Shown here: positions 9,133 through 22,834 of the stretch, piece by piece | Position numbering within the stretch: the stretch's first letter is position 1 | Layout of the letters: each line of letters starts with the position of its first letter | From: an uncultured virus (IMG/VR IMGVR_UViG_3300044950_001783) | Lineage: Duplodnaviria; Heunggongvirae; Uroviricota; Caudoviricetes | Reading direction: 5' to 3' (one strand) | DNA: 64,000 bases | IMG/VR virus record: IMGVR_UViG_3300044950_001783 | Program-made: the position numbers and the translations under genes | The notes under the pieces: generated by a model | The model's database searches: none | Seen by the model: only the letters and a program-made list of their open reading frames with translations | What the model was told of the DNA's origin: nothing

Positions 9133-11625
9133 TCAACTCCGCACGATATTCGTGCTGGCCATCATTTCATCATCGCCAGCCGAGCCGATACGCACCGAGT
9201 CAAGATGCGCCACCACTGCCCTTAGTTTGTCGATATCGTTTGCCTTCAGTGCCTCGGTTCCCGCTGCAACCAACTGTGCATGCTCGTGCACATCCGGAAA
9301 AAGATATGAGTCTTGGGCCAGCCACTTGAAGCGGTCGATCACGAACCAGTCCTGCCGCCACAGAATCAAGAAGTTCTTCCCTCGCAATTCGTCCAGGTGG
9401 CTTTCAAAATCACCACTGTTGTTGTCGATCGAACGCTGTGCTGTCTTGGCTAGATTGTCGAATGCATTCGCTTCAGTTGGGCGGGCATGTTCCCGAACGT
9501 GCTTATCGAAAAATTCCACTGCCTTATCGAACTCAAGCTGGCGAATTTCCTTCAGATGCTCCTTGCGAGCAAGAGCCAGTAGTCGCTTGGCCTCCTGGAC
9601 ATTGTCCATTGCCTGTTTGGCCGCTTCGGGGTCAGTCTCACCCGACTTCATGGATTCCGCTTGCTCTAATTTCTCGCGAGCCTGATCCAGTTTCGGATCA
9701 TCGATCTTCGATGCCATTTCTTCTAAACGCGCCATCGCGTGCTCGGATTGCTCTTCAACCAGTTTTGAAGCTTTGGTGTAATCGATTTGGCCGTCCTGGC
9801 GGGAGTAGAAGTTGCGCCCACTGTGAAACAAGCCGCCAATTGAAGGTACCGAAACCTCCATCTTGATGTTCCCGGAATCCAGGATTTCGTATTCACAGAT
9901 GAGCTCGGCGCCAGCAGCTATAACTCCATCGTCAAAGTCTGAACCTTTGATCTCAAACATCCCGATGAAACGGTTATCGGTGACTGGATCCGAGATTTCA
10001 CCTTCCCACAGTTTGAACTTGATAGATCCAGCGCTACCGGCCTTGAGGGATTCCTCGGATTTGAAGGTCTTCTTGCCCTTCTTAGGCAACTGATCGCCTT
10101 CTCGGACAAGATGATCAAGGACGATCCGTCCGCCCAGTTTGTCCCGAGCTTCCACGCCGATGGAGTGAGAAGCGGGAATTGCATCGATGCTGGCAGCCGT
10201 CCTGGAAATTACGATCTTGTCTTCACGAAGGGCAACAGGCCCACCCTTGGAATCAAAGACGAAGACCTTAAACATGTTCTCCCCAGGCTTCGCTAGACTA
10301 AGCTCGACCGACGCGCCATCCTTAAGCGCCAAGCGGCCTGACGACCATCCGGTGTCCAGACTGTCAATCTGGAATTCCGCGCCATCAGCTGCCTTCCCAC
10401 CGAGCTTGGCCATCACCTTGGCCTTTGAGTCTGGGGTCCGAGAAATGTAGTTAAAGGAAAGGTCTAGCGCGCCTCCCGCACTAATTGCCCCTCTAGCATT
10501 TTTGCGGCCACGAGTTTGCGACGACCAGTCGATTGATTCGGCAAAGACAGCCGCACCTTCAGCCACTGCCGTCATGGGGTTAACGTCTGTCGAAGAAGCG
10601 ATGCCAAGTTCAAAAGCAACTTTGTCTCTGAGCGGCTTGTACTGTGTTGGACCTCCTACGAACACCACACGCTCAACGTCGTGCGGGCTATATCCAGCTT
10701 TCTCTAGGGTTTCGCGAGCGGACTGAATGGATTCTTCGAGCTTGCCAGAGATCAGATCATCAAGTAGATCTCGGCCAAACGGGATATCGACGTAGATTTC
10801 CCCACCGGACTCATCTGTAACGCCGAGATCAGACTCAGTCAGGCTGATTACGGACTCTTCCTTCGCAGATAGCTCGATTTTTGCCTTTTCAGCAGCCCAA
10901 AGGCACATTCTGATAAGCGACTTGTACTTGGCATTGGCACTGAAATCGTCAGGGAGCTCAAAGTTGGAAAGCAGCCACGGCTTCACGACGTTATCAAGGA
11001 TGGCGCGATCAAAATCGGTACCGCCACACATGGCAACACCGCCGTGAGCCAATAAACTGACGCGACCGCTAATGCTTTCTGCAAGAGCAATATCCAATGT
11101 GCCGCCACCAAGGTCGAACACGAGGAAGACACCATCGCCTTTTCGCTGTCGCATAACACTCATGACAGCCGCGACCGGCTCCTGCATCAAGGCAACACTC
11201 CCCAGGCCGGCCATTTCAGCCGCAGCCAATGTTGCATCCTTTTGCATCTGATTGAAGGCAGCAGGAACGGTAATGACGGTTCCAGTCTCTCCGCTATTTC
11301 GGATTTCCTCCGGAAGGTAGCCAAAGCATAACTTCAGAATTTCTGCGGAGCACTCTTCTGGCGTCATCGTAATGTTTACCGCCCCCAACTTCACCGGGGT
11401 GCTCGTCCCCATCATGCGTTTGAACTTGGTCGCGGCATTATCTGGATTCTTTGCGGCACTATCGTATGCACGCTTACCAAGGTACTTGTTGCCTCTTCGA
11501 TCAATGAAGATGGCTGACGGCGTTACGTCGTTTTGATCGGGGCTCTTGTACAAGCGCACAGATTCCCCGTCATAGGAACAAATGGCACTGTTCGTCGTGC
11601 CGAGGTCAATCCCGATGTATTTCAT
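9133..11625 (-). CDS. Hsp70/DnaK-family chaperone, atypical 830-aa form
   Basis: IGIDLGTTNS, TVPAAF, EPVAA, FDLGGGTLD, GGTDFD, FVGGPT, VAEGAA. Confidence 0.95.
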   Translation of the reverse strand: MKYIGIDLGTTNSAICSYDGESVRLYKSPDQNDVTPSAIFIDRRGNKYLGKRAYDSAAKNPDNAATKFKRMMGTSTPVKLGAVNITMTPEECSAEILKLCFGYLPEEIRNSGETGTVITVPAAFNQMQKDATLAAAEMAGLGSVALMQEPVAAVMSVMRQRKGDGVFLVFDLGGGTLDIALAESISGRVSLLAHGGVAMCGGTDFDRAILDNVVKPWLLSNFELPDDFSANAKYKSLIRMCLWAAEKAKIELSAKEESVISLTESDLGVTDESGGEIYVDIPFGRDLLDDLISGKLEESIQSARETLEKAGYSPHDVERVVFVGGPTQYKPLRDKVAFELGIASSTDVNPMTAVAEGAAVFAESIDWSSQTRGRKNARGAISAGGALDLSFNYISRTPDSKAKVMAKLGGKAADGAEFQIDSLDTGWSSGRLALKDGASVELSLAKPGENMFKVFVFDSKGGPVALREDKIVISRTAASIDAIPASHSIGVEARDKLGGRIVLDHLVREGDQLPKKGKKTFKSEESLKAGSAGSIKFKLWEGEISDPVTDNRFIGMFEIKGSDFDDGVIAAGAELICEYEILDSGNIKMEVSVPSIGGLFHSGRNFYSRQDGQIDYTKASKLVEEQSEHAMARLEEMASKIDDPKLDQAREKLEQAESMKSGETDPEAAKQAMDNVQEAKRLLALARKEHLKEIRQLEFDKAVEFFDKHVREHARPTEANAFDNLAKTAQRSIDNNSGDFESHLDELRGKNFLILWRQDWFVIDRFKWLAQDSYLFPDVHEHAQLVAAGTEALKANDIDKLRAVVAHLDSVRIGSAGDDEMMASTNIVRS

Positions 11626-11996
11626 GACTCTGCCTTCCTGAGCATCACTGTGCCTTGTTTTTTTAGCCCTTCGGGGCCCATGATGATGGGTTCCACCATC
11701 TGATCAACCAAGAGTTGATCATCAGGATCAAAGTCGCCAATGTTTAAAGCCGATGCTGCCATGCCGGGATCGAAAGGCTGGCCTTCGACGTTAACCAACT
11801 TCAGGCCGCTCGCATCAAGGCTATCCTCGACCTTCTTTTGGAAATAGCGAAGCTGGTTGACGTATCTGGCACCTTCTCCTGCATCCAGCTTGTTAACCAC
11901 CCGCGCAAAGAGCCTAGAAAAACGCCAGCTTTCAACAGCGACATCGATCAGTGATCGTTCCAGCTGCTCATTATTCTGATTGTTATCAGTTGTCAT
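11622..11996 (-). CDS. GrpE-like nucleotide exchange factor
   Basis: Helical N-terminus, then LDASGLKLVNVEGQPFDPG...VDQMVEP...KQGTVML, resembling the GrpE C-terminal beta domain. ATGA overlap with Hsp70. ATG at 11996 follows a G-rich RBS. Confidence 0.6.
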   Translation of the reverse strand: MTTDNNQNNEQLERSLIDVAVESWRFSRLFARVVNKLDAGEGARYVNQLRYFQKKVEDSLDASGLKLVNVEGQPFDPGMAASALNIGDFDPDDQLLVDQMVEPIIMGPEGLKKQGTVMLRKAES

Positions 11997-12458
11997 TACC
12001 CCCCCGCAGTCTGCCATTTTCGACAAAGTGACCTACTCACAACATAGGTATACCAAGACCTTGCGTCATTTCGATCGTCCGAGATGACGATAATCCCATG
12101 GTGGCTCCGAGCTCCCATATCGACGTTCAAGAACCTATTACCTTTGGCCGAGACTCGCCACTTGCGGTGGAACCAGCGTGTTCGACGAGATGCTTGATTT
12201 CTTTGGCGCGCCTCGCGGCGCTCGGGACCGTCGTAGTCGCTCATCTTCTCGGTACAGACGCACCCAACCTCGAACTGAACTACCAGTTTCAGTGTACTCC
12301 ATGATGTGGACGTATCGAACTCACTCCTTTCCTTACATCTAGCAGGTCGCATAGCCAGACTTGTTCACGGCATCACCGTCGGCGCGGATGTCGATGACAT
12401 CGACACAGTTCCACCCCTTGTGGGGGATGCCCTGCTGGTCCCAACGGTTATCGCTCAT
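11996..12458 (-). pseudogene. Degraded Cys-rich (probable Zn-binding) hypothetical gene
   Basis: From ATG 12458: MSDNRWDQQGIPHKGWNCVDVIDIRADGDAVNKSGYATC*M*GKE*VRYVHIME, then a frameshift into FEVGCVCTEKMSDYDGPERRE...WRVSAKGNRFLNVD. Confidence 0.7.
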
Positions 12459-12490
12459 TAAACATCCCTTATTATCATCATAATGAGTAT

Positions 12491-12533
12491 CACTAAGTCG
12501 CATAACGCCGCTATAGACTTAGCTTAGTGCGAC
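12491..12533. promoter_or_regulatory. Nested inverted repeats in divergent promoter region; candidate WYL-regulator operator
   Basis: CACTAAG (12491-97) with CTTAGTG (12523-29); CTAAGTC (12493-99) with GACTTAG (12516-22); GTCGCA (12497-12502) with TGCGAC (12528-33). Confidence 0.5.
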
Positions 12534-12581
12534 ACATATACTGTGCGCAAGAGTGCCAACCAGCCATTATTGGCTCGCAAG

Positions 12582-13484
12582 ATGTCAAACGAAGAAATTT
12601 CAGAACTGACTCAGCCCCAGCGCGACCGACTCGCCTTCATCGAGTTGCGTCTGCGCTTCATCGGGGAAATTCGCCGCCAGGATTTGGTGGCACGATTTGG
12701 TATCCAGGCGGCGGCTGCGACAAGGGATATCGCCCAGTACAAAGAGATTGCTCAGCGCAATCTCGACTACGACCCCAAGGGCAAGGTGTACGTGCGCGGC
12801 GAGTGGTTTCGCCCGGTGTTCGAGTATCCGGTAGAGCGCGTGCTCGCTTGGCTGTCGCAGGGGTTTGGGGATGGTGAGCCACTACGGTTCAAATCTCTTG
12901 TTTCATGTGAAGGGCCTGCGTTATTAAACAAGCCGGATCTCGAAACGCTGTCTGTGCTGACGCGCGCCATTCATCGAAAGGGTGTTGTCGAGATTTCATA
13001 TCGAGCGTTGTCCAGCGGACTGACCACGCGGGAGATCGTCCCGTTTGCACTGGCTGACAACGGGTTGCGCTGGCATGTACGTGCCTATGATCGGCGCAGT
13101 GGCGAATTTCGGGATTTTGTCCTGACACGTATTGCCGATGCCCGACTGATATCTGGCCGCACTGAAGAACACGAGATGCCAGACCAGGACATCCAGTGGA
13201 CCCGAATTGTCGAGCTTGAACTGGTGCCGCACCCGGCGAACGTCCAGCATCCCGACGCTATTGAAGCCGACTATGGCATGGATGGCGGGGCTCTTCGCAT
13301 TCGTGTCCGTGCCGCTGTGGCAGGCTACCTGCTCCGCCGATGGAACGTGGACTGCACCGAGAATCACGGCCTCAAAGGTGCCGAGTACCACCTGTGGCTT
13401 CGCAATCACCTATCGCTGGTTGATGTAGCCAACCTCAGTATCGCGCCTGGGTACGTAGCGCCGACACGATCAACGGACAATTGA
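12582..13484 (+). CDS. WYL-domain transcriptional regulator, CapW/BrxR type (wHTH-WYL-WCX)
   Basis: wHTH RRQDLVARFGIQAAAATRDIAQY; WYL GLRWHVRAYDRRSGEFRDFVLTRI; WCX YLLRRWNVDC. Confidence 0.9.
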   Translation: MSNEEISELTQPQRDRLAFIELRLRFIGEIRRQDLVARFGIQAAAATRDIAQYKEIAQRNLDYDPKGKVYVRGEWFRPVFEYPVERVLAWLSQGFGDGEPLRFKSLVSCEGPALLNKPDLETLSVLTRAIHRKGVVEISYRALSSGLTTREIVPFALADNGLRWHVRAYDRRSGEFRDFVLTRIADARLISGRTEEHEMPDQDIQWTRIVELELVPHPANVQHPDAIEADYGMDGGALRIRVRAAVAGYLLRRWNVDCTENHGLKGAEYHLWLRNHLSLVDVANLSIAPGYVAPTRSTDN

Positions 13485-13495
13485 GGACGACGGCC

Positions 13496-13861
13496 ATGCC
13501 ATGCGCAGCAACTCACCGAATCATCAACTTCGCAGCGACAGCGAGTTACCTTGCCTCTCGGCCGCCGGAGCAGCAACAGGGCATCACGCATCCAATTGTC
13601 GGTGGAACCACTTCAGCACTGCTGGCGAGCTTGCCTGATGCCATTGAACCGGCCATCCATCCGCATCACCGTCAGTTTTTTCATAGCTTCGCGTTCGCCG
13701 GTATGGTCGGCTACGGCCTGCATCGAGCCTACCGATGGAATCCAGAAACAGACGGGCAAAAGCTGTTGCGCGTAGGCGCTCTGGTTGTCGGCTCCGCGTA
13801 CTTGCTTCACCTCGCGGCTGACTTGTTTACCGCACGCTCCATTCCCGTTCTCGGCAAGTAA
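13496..13861 (+). CDS. Small membrane metal-dependent hydrolase (YdjM-like)
   Basis: TH...SLPDAIEP...HHRQFFHS...YLLHLAAD motifs, hydrophobic helices, GAGG RBS. Confidence 0.75.
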   Translation: MPCAATHRIINFAATASYLASRPPEQQQGITHPIVGGTTSALLASLPDAIEPAIHPHHRQFFHSFAFAGMVGYGLHRAYRWNPETDGQKLLRVGALVVGSAYLLHLAADLFTARSIPVLGK

Positions 13862-13872
13862 GGAGGCTCATC

Positions 13873-14079
13873 ATGGCAAAAACCCCTGGCAATCACGGTA
13901 AGCACTGGACCCCGGAGGCTGTTTCTCAGCTCAATGATTTGGCAAAGCAGAATACGCCGACCCGTGTTATCGGCCTGAAGATGCAGCGCACGCCCGAAGC
14001 CGTGGCGCAAAAGGCTAGTCAGGAAAAGATCTCGCTCAAGCCGACCAACCAGTCGCCATACAACCGTCGCAAACCCTGA
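13873..14079 (+). CDS. Small basic HTH/Myb-like hypothetical protein
   Basis: AGGAGG RBS; HGKHWTPEAVSQL...TPTRVIGLKMQRTPEAVAQKA. Confidence 0.75.
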   Translation: MAKTPGNHGKHWTPEAVSQLNDLAKQNTPTRVIGLKMQRTPEAVAQKASQEKISLKPTNQSPYNRRKP

Positions 14080-14115
14080 AACAGCGGCAATCCGGCGCAA
14101 ACGACAGACACCCTC

Positions 14116-17100
14116 ATGCTGAAGCTAGAGCAGATCCAGAAAAACGCAGCCATCTCCGGCATTGAGCCCGGACAAGTGGTGCGTGTCGTGACCACGGAAC
14201 CGGCTGGCGACAGCGCTCTCACCGTCTATTACAAAACATCGGATGGCAAACTTCTGGAGCGGATGCTGTTCCGCACAGACGAGGCAAATCTGTCGTTGGC
14301 CGAGGCCGGTCGGCCGTGGGCGTTCGATGCGCCAGGCGAAGAATTCAAGCTTGCCACCGAAGCCTACCGGATCAATCTGGCGCACCTGTTCGATCCGATG
14401 ATGGCCGTCCATACGTCCAACGTCGAACCACTGCCGCACCAGATTACGGCAGTCTACGAATCTATGCTGCCGCGCCAGCCGCTGCGCTATGTACTGGCGG
14501 ATGACCCTGGTGCAGGCAAGACCATCATGGCCGGGCTGTTCATCCGTGAACTGCTGATGCGTGCCGACGCCAAGCGTGTGCTGATCGTCGCGCCCGGCAG
14601 CCTGGTCGAACAGTGGCAAGACGAAATGTTCGAGAAGTTCGGTCTGTCCTTCTTGCTGTTTTCCCGCGAGCAAGTTGAACAATCACGAAGTGGCAATCCC
14701 TTCGACGACATCGACCTGATGGTTGCCAGGGTAGACCAGCTATCCCGTAGCGAAGACCTCCAGGAAAAGCTGCGCCTTTCGCATTGGGATCTGATCGTCG
14801 TCGACGAAGCGCACAAGCTCTCGGCCAGCTACTTTGGCAACAAGGTCAACAAGACCAAACGCTTCCAACTCGGCGAATTGCTGGGTTCTATTACCCGCCA
14901 CTTTCTGCTGATGACCGCCACGCCTCACAACGGCAAGGAAGAGGACTTCCAGTTATTTATGTCGTTGCTGGACTCCGACCGCTTCTACGGCAAGTTCCGC
15001 GATGGCGCGCACAAGGTCGATGTCACCGATCTGATGCGCCGAATGGTCAAGGAAGACCTGCTCAAGTTTGATGGCTCCCCCCTGTTCCCCGAGCGCCGTG
15101 CCCGCACTGCCAACTACAAACTCTCCGACAAGGAGGCCGCGCTTTACGCCGCTGTCACCGACTACGTGAAGGAGGAGATGAACCGTGCGGATCAATTGCA
15201 AGATGGCGCACGTAAGGGCACGGTAGGCTTCGCGCTGACCTCGCTGCAGCGCCGCCTAGCATCGAGCCCGGAAGCTATCTACCAGTCGCTCAAACGCCGT
15301 AGCAACAAGCTCAAGCGTCGTGTCGAGGAAGAAAAACTTCGTCAGCGTGGCCAGACGCTGGCAGAGACCATAAGCCTGAACAATATCCCCGAGGACATTT
15401 GGGAATCTGCTGATGCACTCTCACCGGACGACTACGAGAACTTCGAAGAAGCCGTCGTCGATCAAGCCACGGCAGCACAGACCATCCAGGAGCTTGAGGC
15501 CGAAATCATCATCCTCGAAGGTCTGGAGGAACAGGCCCGCCAGGTCGTCCACTCTGGCCAGGATCGCAAGTGGGATGAGCTATCCAAACTACTGCAGAAC
15601 ACGCCCGAGATGCACGATGCAGACGGTCGTCAACGTAAGCTCATCATCTTCACCGAGCACCGCGACACGCTGAACTACCTCGCGGTCAAGATTCGCGGCC
15701 TGATCGGCAACGAAGAGTCTGTCGTGATGATCCACGGCGGCGTCAAACGCGAAGATCGCCGCAAGGTGCAAGAGCTATTCCGCAACGATCCGGACACCCG
15801 CGTGTTGCTGGCCACCGATGCGGCGGGCGAAGGTGTGAACCTGCAAAACGCCAACCTGATGGTCAACTACGATCTGCCGTGGAACCCCAACCGGCTGGAG
15901 CAGCGCTTCGGTCGTATCCACCGCATCGGCCAGACTGAGGTCTGTCACCTGTGGAACATGGTCGCCGCCGAAACCCGCGAGGGCGACGTATTCCAGCGCC
16001 TGTTTGAAAAACTGGAGGTCGAGCGCAAAGCGCTGGGCGGTCGCGTGTTCGACATCCTCGGCGAGGTGTTTGAAGAAAAAAGCCTCAAAGACCTGCTGAT
16101 CGAAGCCATCCGCTACGGTGATGACCCCGAGATACGCGCCCGACTGCACCGCAAGGTCGAAGGCGCCCTCGATACTCAGCACCTCGAAACCATCATCAAG
16201 CGCAACGCACTATGTGAAGAGGTGATGGACGAGCGACGCCTGTTTGCCGTCAAGGAAGAGATGGAAAAGGCCGAAGCCCGCAAGCTGCAACCCTATTTCA
16301 TCCGCTCCTTTTTCAACCAGGCATTCCAGCAACTTGGCGGCGAGCTGCGCCCCCGCGAGCAAGGCCGTTACGAGATCACCCACGTTCCGGCCAATATCCG
16401 CGAACGGGATCGGCAAATCACAGGCCGCGACCGTCGCAATGCCGACCCGGTGCTGCGCCGCTATGAGCGAGTCTGCTTCGAGAAGCAGTTCGTCCGTCTC
16501 ACCGAGCGGATTGGCGCACCGATGGCCAGCCTGATGCATCCAGGCCATCCGCTCATGCAGTCCGTGACCGATCTCGTGCTGGAACAGCATCGCAACAAGC
16601 TCAAGCAGGGAACTGTGCTGGTCGATCCGAGCGACATGGGCATCACACCCAAGGTGATGTTCATCATCGACCACTCGGTGAGAGAAGGCGCCGACCCCGC
16701 CCACGTCGTGTCTCGCCGTATGCAATTTGTCGAGATCGACCCACAAGGCAGCGCAATCAACGCCGGCTGGGCACCCCACCTCGACCTGGAGCCGATCAGC
16801 AAGGCGGATATGGGCTTGATCGAGGATGTACTGAGCGCGTCCTGGCTCAGTGGTCAGCATGGCCAGATCCTTGAACAAGTTGCTCTCTCTCATGCCGCCA
16901 CGCACCTTGTGCCCGAGCACTTTGACGAAGTACGCACCCGGCGTGAAAAGAACGTCGACAAGACCCTGACTGCTGTACATGAGCGTCTCGTCAAAGAAAT
17001 CAACTACTGGTCGGATCGCTACATCAAGTTTCAGGACGACATTGCCGCCGGCAAAGACGTGCGTCTGACGCTCGAAAACGTCCGCCGCACGATTGACGAC

Positions 17101-17667
17101 CTGACCACACGACGGGAGTCGCGTGAGAAAGAATTGCTGGGGATGCGCCACGTCATCTCGGCAACACCGGTTGTAGCGGGGGGCGCATTGGTGATTCCCG
17201 CCGGACTGCTGATGCAGCGCAAGGCGCAGCCAGGATGGACGGCTGACGCCGATGCGCGTGCGAGAGTCGAGTGGGTGGCAATGAAGGCCGTGATGGACGC
17301 TGAACGCGCACTCGGTCACGAAGTCATCGATGTTTCGGCGCAGAAATGCGGCTGGGACTTGACCAGCCTGCCGAAAAGTACAGATGGCAAGATTCCGCCC
17401 TCGCGCCACATCGAGGTCAAGGGCCGAGCCAAGGGCAACACCACGGTCACGGTCACCCGCAACGAAATCCTCTACGGGCTGAACCAGCAGGACAAATTCA
17501 TCCTGGCCATCGTCCTCGTCGATGGTGAACAACACGAAGGGCCGTTCTACGTGACCAAGCCCTTCACGCAAGAACCGGATTGGGCGGTCACCAGCATTAA
17601 CATGGATTTGCAGGAGCTATTGAAACGCGCAAATCCTCCCGAAAGGAATAAAAGTCATGCGGATTGA
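14116..17667 (+). CDS. SNF2-family helicase with C-terminal DUF3883 nuclease-like domain
   Basis: [49 protein letters not shown]-terminal GWDL...IEVKG...TRNE. Confidence 0.92.
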   Translation: MLKLEQIQKNAAISGIEPGQVVRVVTTEPAGDSALTVYYKTSDGKLLERMLFRTDEANLSLAEAGRPWAFDAPGEEFKLATEAYRINLAHLFDPMMAVHTSNVEPLPHQITAVYESMLPRQPLRYVLADDPGAGKTIMAGLFIRELLMRADAKRVLIVAPGSLVEQWQDEMFEKFGLSFLLFSREQVEQSRSGNPFDDIDLMVARVDQLSRSEDLQEKLRLSHWDLIVVDEAHKLSASYFGNKVNKTKRFQLGELLGSITRHFLLMTATPHNGKEEDFQLFMSLLDSDRFYGKFRDGAHKVDVTDLMRRMVKEDLLKFDGSPLFPERRARTANYKLSDKEAALYAAVTDYVKEEMNRADQLQDGARKGTVGFALTSLQRRLASSPEAIYQSLKRRSNKLKRRVEEEKLRQRGQTLAETISLNNIPEDIWESADALSPDDYENFEEAVVDQATAAQTIQELEAEIIILEGLEEQARQVVHSGQDRKWDELSKLLQNTPEMHDADGRQRKLIIFTEHRDTLNYLAVKIRGLIGNEESVVMIHGGVKREDRRKVQELFRNDPDTRVLLATDAAGEGVNLQNANLMVNYDLPWNPNRLEQRFGRIHRIGQTEVCHLWNMVAAETREGDVFQRLFEKLEVERKALGGRVFDILGEVFEEKSLKDLLIEAIRYGDDPEIRARLHRKVEGALDTQHLETIIKRNALCEEVMDERRLFAVKEEMEKAEARKLQPYFIRSFFNQAFQQLGGELRPREQGRYEITHVPANIRERDRQITGRDRRNADPVLRRYERVCFEKQFVRLTERIGAPMASLMHPGHPLMQSVTDLVLEQHRNKLKQGTVLVDPSDMGITPKVMFIIDHSVREGADPAHVVSRRMQFVEIDPQGSAINAGWAPHLDLEPISKADMGLIEDVLSASWLSGQHGQILEQVALSHAATHLVPEHFDEVRTRREKNVDKTLTAVHERLVKEINYWSDRYIKFQDDIAAGKDVRLTLENVRRTIDDLTTRRESREKELLGMRHVISATPVVAGGALVIPAGLLMQRKAQPGWTADADARARVEWVAMKAVMDAERALGHEVIDVSAQKCGWDLTSLPKSTDGKIPPSRHIEVKGRAKGNTTVTVTRNEILYGLNQQDKFILAIVLVDGEQHEGPFYVTKPFTQEPDWAVTSINMDLQELLKRANPPERNKSHAD

Positions 17668-19120
17668 ACATGTTTACCTAAAAAACTACCGCTGTTTTGA
17701 CTCTCTATCGGTGGATCTCCATCCACAAATGACAGTCTTGGTTGCGCCAAACGGCCAGGGCAAAACCAGCGTGCTAGATGCCATCAAAGTAGCTCTGTGG
17801 CCCTATGTCGCAGGTTTTGATTTGGGTAGCACAACTAACGATGTGACAAGCATCCAGATTGATGACGTGCGGCGAGAGCAAGTGCAATCGCATGAGATGG
17901 ACTGGCGGCTACCTGCAGAAATCAAAGCAATGGGGCAATTACAGGTTCGCCAACTCGTTCTTGATGGCACCCTGAAGAATCCACTCCCAGAGCCTGCAGG
18001 CTCGATGCTTGATGTTGCCGTTACCTTTCATGAGGACGTTCCCTGGCAGGGTGTGCGCTATCGGGAAAGTGTCAAAAAAGGAACAAAAACCAAAGAGCCA
18101 GTTATTGTGGGCGCGTTGAATCTCAACGAAACCGCAAAGGCTTTAGAGCAGCGGATATTTTCGGGTGAGCAAAAAACACCTGACGACTTGCCGATGCTGG
18201 GCTACTACGGGACTGGCCGACTCTGGGCGCAAAAAAAGCTTACGTCTGCACATGAGAAAGCTGACAGTGAGGCGTCGTCACGCACTTTTGCCTACCGGGA
18301 CTGCCTGGACCCGGCATCCAGTTACAAGCATTTCGCCCAATGGTACACACGGATTTTCAAGTCGTTCCGGGCAGCGCAGATTCGCAATCTCGAAAAGCGC
18401 TTACCTCTGGACGCAGATGTTTCCTATGGGTTGATTGCACCTATCAGGGCTGTTCAGCTCACCACAGATGCAATTCTGGGGTCTCATACGGGTTGGAGAG
18501 AGCTTGAGTACAGCGAGGAGCATGAAGAGCTGGTGCTGACCCACGAGCAGTATGGGCAACTCAAGGTTAGCCAACTCAGCGACGGCATCCGCAACATGCT
18601 GGCATTGGTAGGGGACATTGCGTACCGCTGCTACAAGCTCAACGCTCATCACGGCGAAGCCGCACCACTCCGTACGCATGGCATTGTGCTCATCGACGAA
18701 GTGGATATGCACTTGCATCCGGGCTGGCAACAGACTGTCTTGACCGATCTGATAACGGCTTTCCCAAAACTGCAATTCATCGTTACCACTCACAGTGCCC
18801 AAGTGCTGACCACGATCCCATCAGAGTGCATCCGCATATTGAGAGACAACCAGATTTATTCCGCACCGCCGGGAACGGAAGGTGCTGAGCCGGAGCGCAT
18901 GCTCAAGCAAGTGCTGGGGTTGCATGAAGTTCGCCCCCCTGCCAATCCAGCGACTCAGGAACTGAAGGAATACCTCGCATTGGTCGACAACGACCAATGG
19001 AATTCCCCTCGTGCCCTGGAATTGCGCGAAAAGCTGAATGCCCGCTACCAGGGCAACGAACCGGCATTGCTGGAAGCCGACTTGCGTATCGAAAACCGCA
19101 AGTGGGAGCTAGGAGAATGA
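17657..19120 (+). CDS. ptuA: ABC/SMC-type ATPase, Septu PtuA-like
   Basis: APNGQGKT, signature QLSDG, Walker [15 protein letters not shown]; coupled to the downstream HNH gene. Confidence 0.8.
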   Translation: MRIEHVYLKNYRCFDSLSVDLHPQMTVLVAPNGQGKTSVLDAIKVALWPYVAGFDLGSTTNDVTSIQIDDVRREQVQSHEMDWRLPAEIKAMGQLQVRQLVLDGTLKNPLPEPAGSMLDVAVTFHEDVPWQGVRYRESVKKGTKTKEPVIVGALNLNETAKALEQRIFSGEQKTPDDLPMLGYYGTGRLWAQKKLTSAHEKADSEASSRTFAYRDCLDPASSYKHFAQWYTRIFKSFRAAQIRNLEKRLPLDADVSYGLIAPIRAVQLTTDAILGSHTGWRELEYSEEHEELVLTHEQYGQLKVSQLSDGIRNMLALVGDIAYRCYKLNAHHGEAAPLRTHGIVLIDEVDMHLHPGWQQTVLTDLITAFPKLQFIVTTHSAQVLTTIPSECIRILRDNQIYSAPPGTEGAEPERMLKQVLGLHEVRPPANPATQELKEYLALVDNDQWNSPRALELREKLNARYQGNEPALLEADLRIENRKWELGE

Positions 19121-19929
19121 AGCGAGTGCTCAGGCAGCCAGAGCCTATCCAACTCACCAACTATCGTAATGCCAACCCAACAAGCACTTGGGAGCAGATG
19201 CGGAACGATGCAATCCACGATGGTCCCGCCGCCTACGACGAAAGCCGAAGGAAACTGATCGCAGACCAAGGCGGAATTTGCGCATTTTGTGAAATCGACA
19301 TCCGTGATAACGATCCGCTGAAATGCAGGGTGGAGCACTTCCACCCCAAGTCTGATGTCACCCCGGCGCATAACTGGGCCTTGGACTGGGACAACCTGCT
19401 AGCCGTATGCGCAGGCGGCTCTTACAGGTTTACATCCGCGCCCTATGTCCATGAACCCTTGGCAGAAAACCTCAGTTGCGACGCCCACAAGGACCGAATG
19501 ATCCAGGCTGGGAAGCTGCAAGAACAATGCGAAGGATGGATTCTTAACCCTGCCGAAATCCCCGTATCCCCCAGCTTTTTCCGTCTGGAGATGAGTACCG
19601 GGCGACTTCTACCCGATCCCAACCACTGTGCCGCCTTGCCCGCCTGGCCTGGCAATCGGCACGCTGACGCGCAAACCCTGGTGCAACACACCATAGATAT
19701 GCTCAATCTCAACTGTGACCGACTGTGCAACGCACGGCTCGCCATCATCAGGGATATCGAGCGCAACAAGAAAAGGCAGCGTGAGGCAGGATTCTCCGCG
19801 CAGCAGGGCTTGGGTAACTTGGCTGTCCACTACCTGCGCCAACGCTGGCCAGGATTCTTCTCCACCATCCGTTTATGCCTCGGCACAGCCGCCGAAACGC
19901 ATTTGGCGAATCTCGGCTACCAGGGCTGA
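19117..19929 (+). CDS. ptuB: HNH endonuclease, Septu PtuB-like / retron-associated type
   Basis: [36 protein letters not shown] at 19117 overlaps the ATPase stop (ATGA), with AGGAG RBS. Confidence 0.8.
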   Translation: MKRVLRQPEPIQLTNYRNANPTSTWEQMRNDAIHDGPAAYDESRRKLIADQGGICAFCEIDIRDNDPLKCRVEHFHPKSDVTPAHNWALDWDNLLAVCAGGSYRFTSAPYVHEPLAENLSCDAHKDRMIQAGKLQEQCEGWILNPAEIPVSPSFFRLEMSTGRLLPDPNHCAALPAWPGNRHADAQTLVQHTIDMLNLNCDRLCNARLAIIRDIERNKKRQREAGFSAQQGLGNLAVHYLRQRWPGFFSTIRLCLGTAAETHLANLGYQG

Positions 19930-19931
19930 TC

Positions 19932-22820
<2,889 letters not shown>

Positions 22821-22834
22821 TTGAGGAGCAGCAG

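Noticed and set aside
9133..11996. Housekeeping grpE-dnaK operon
   Set aside because: The Hsp70 is much longer and divergent, no canonical dnaJ follows, and the context is accessory.
17657..19929. Retron
   Set aside because: The ATPase/HNH pair resembles retron effectors, but there is no reverse transcriptase and no intergenic space for msr-msd.
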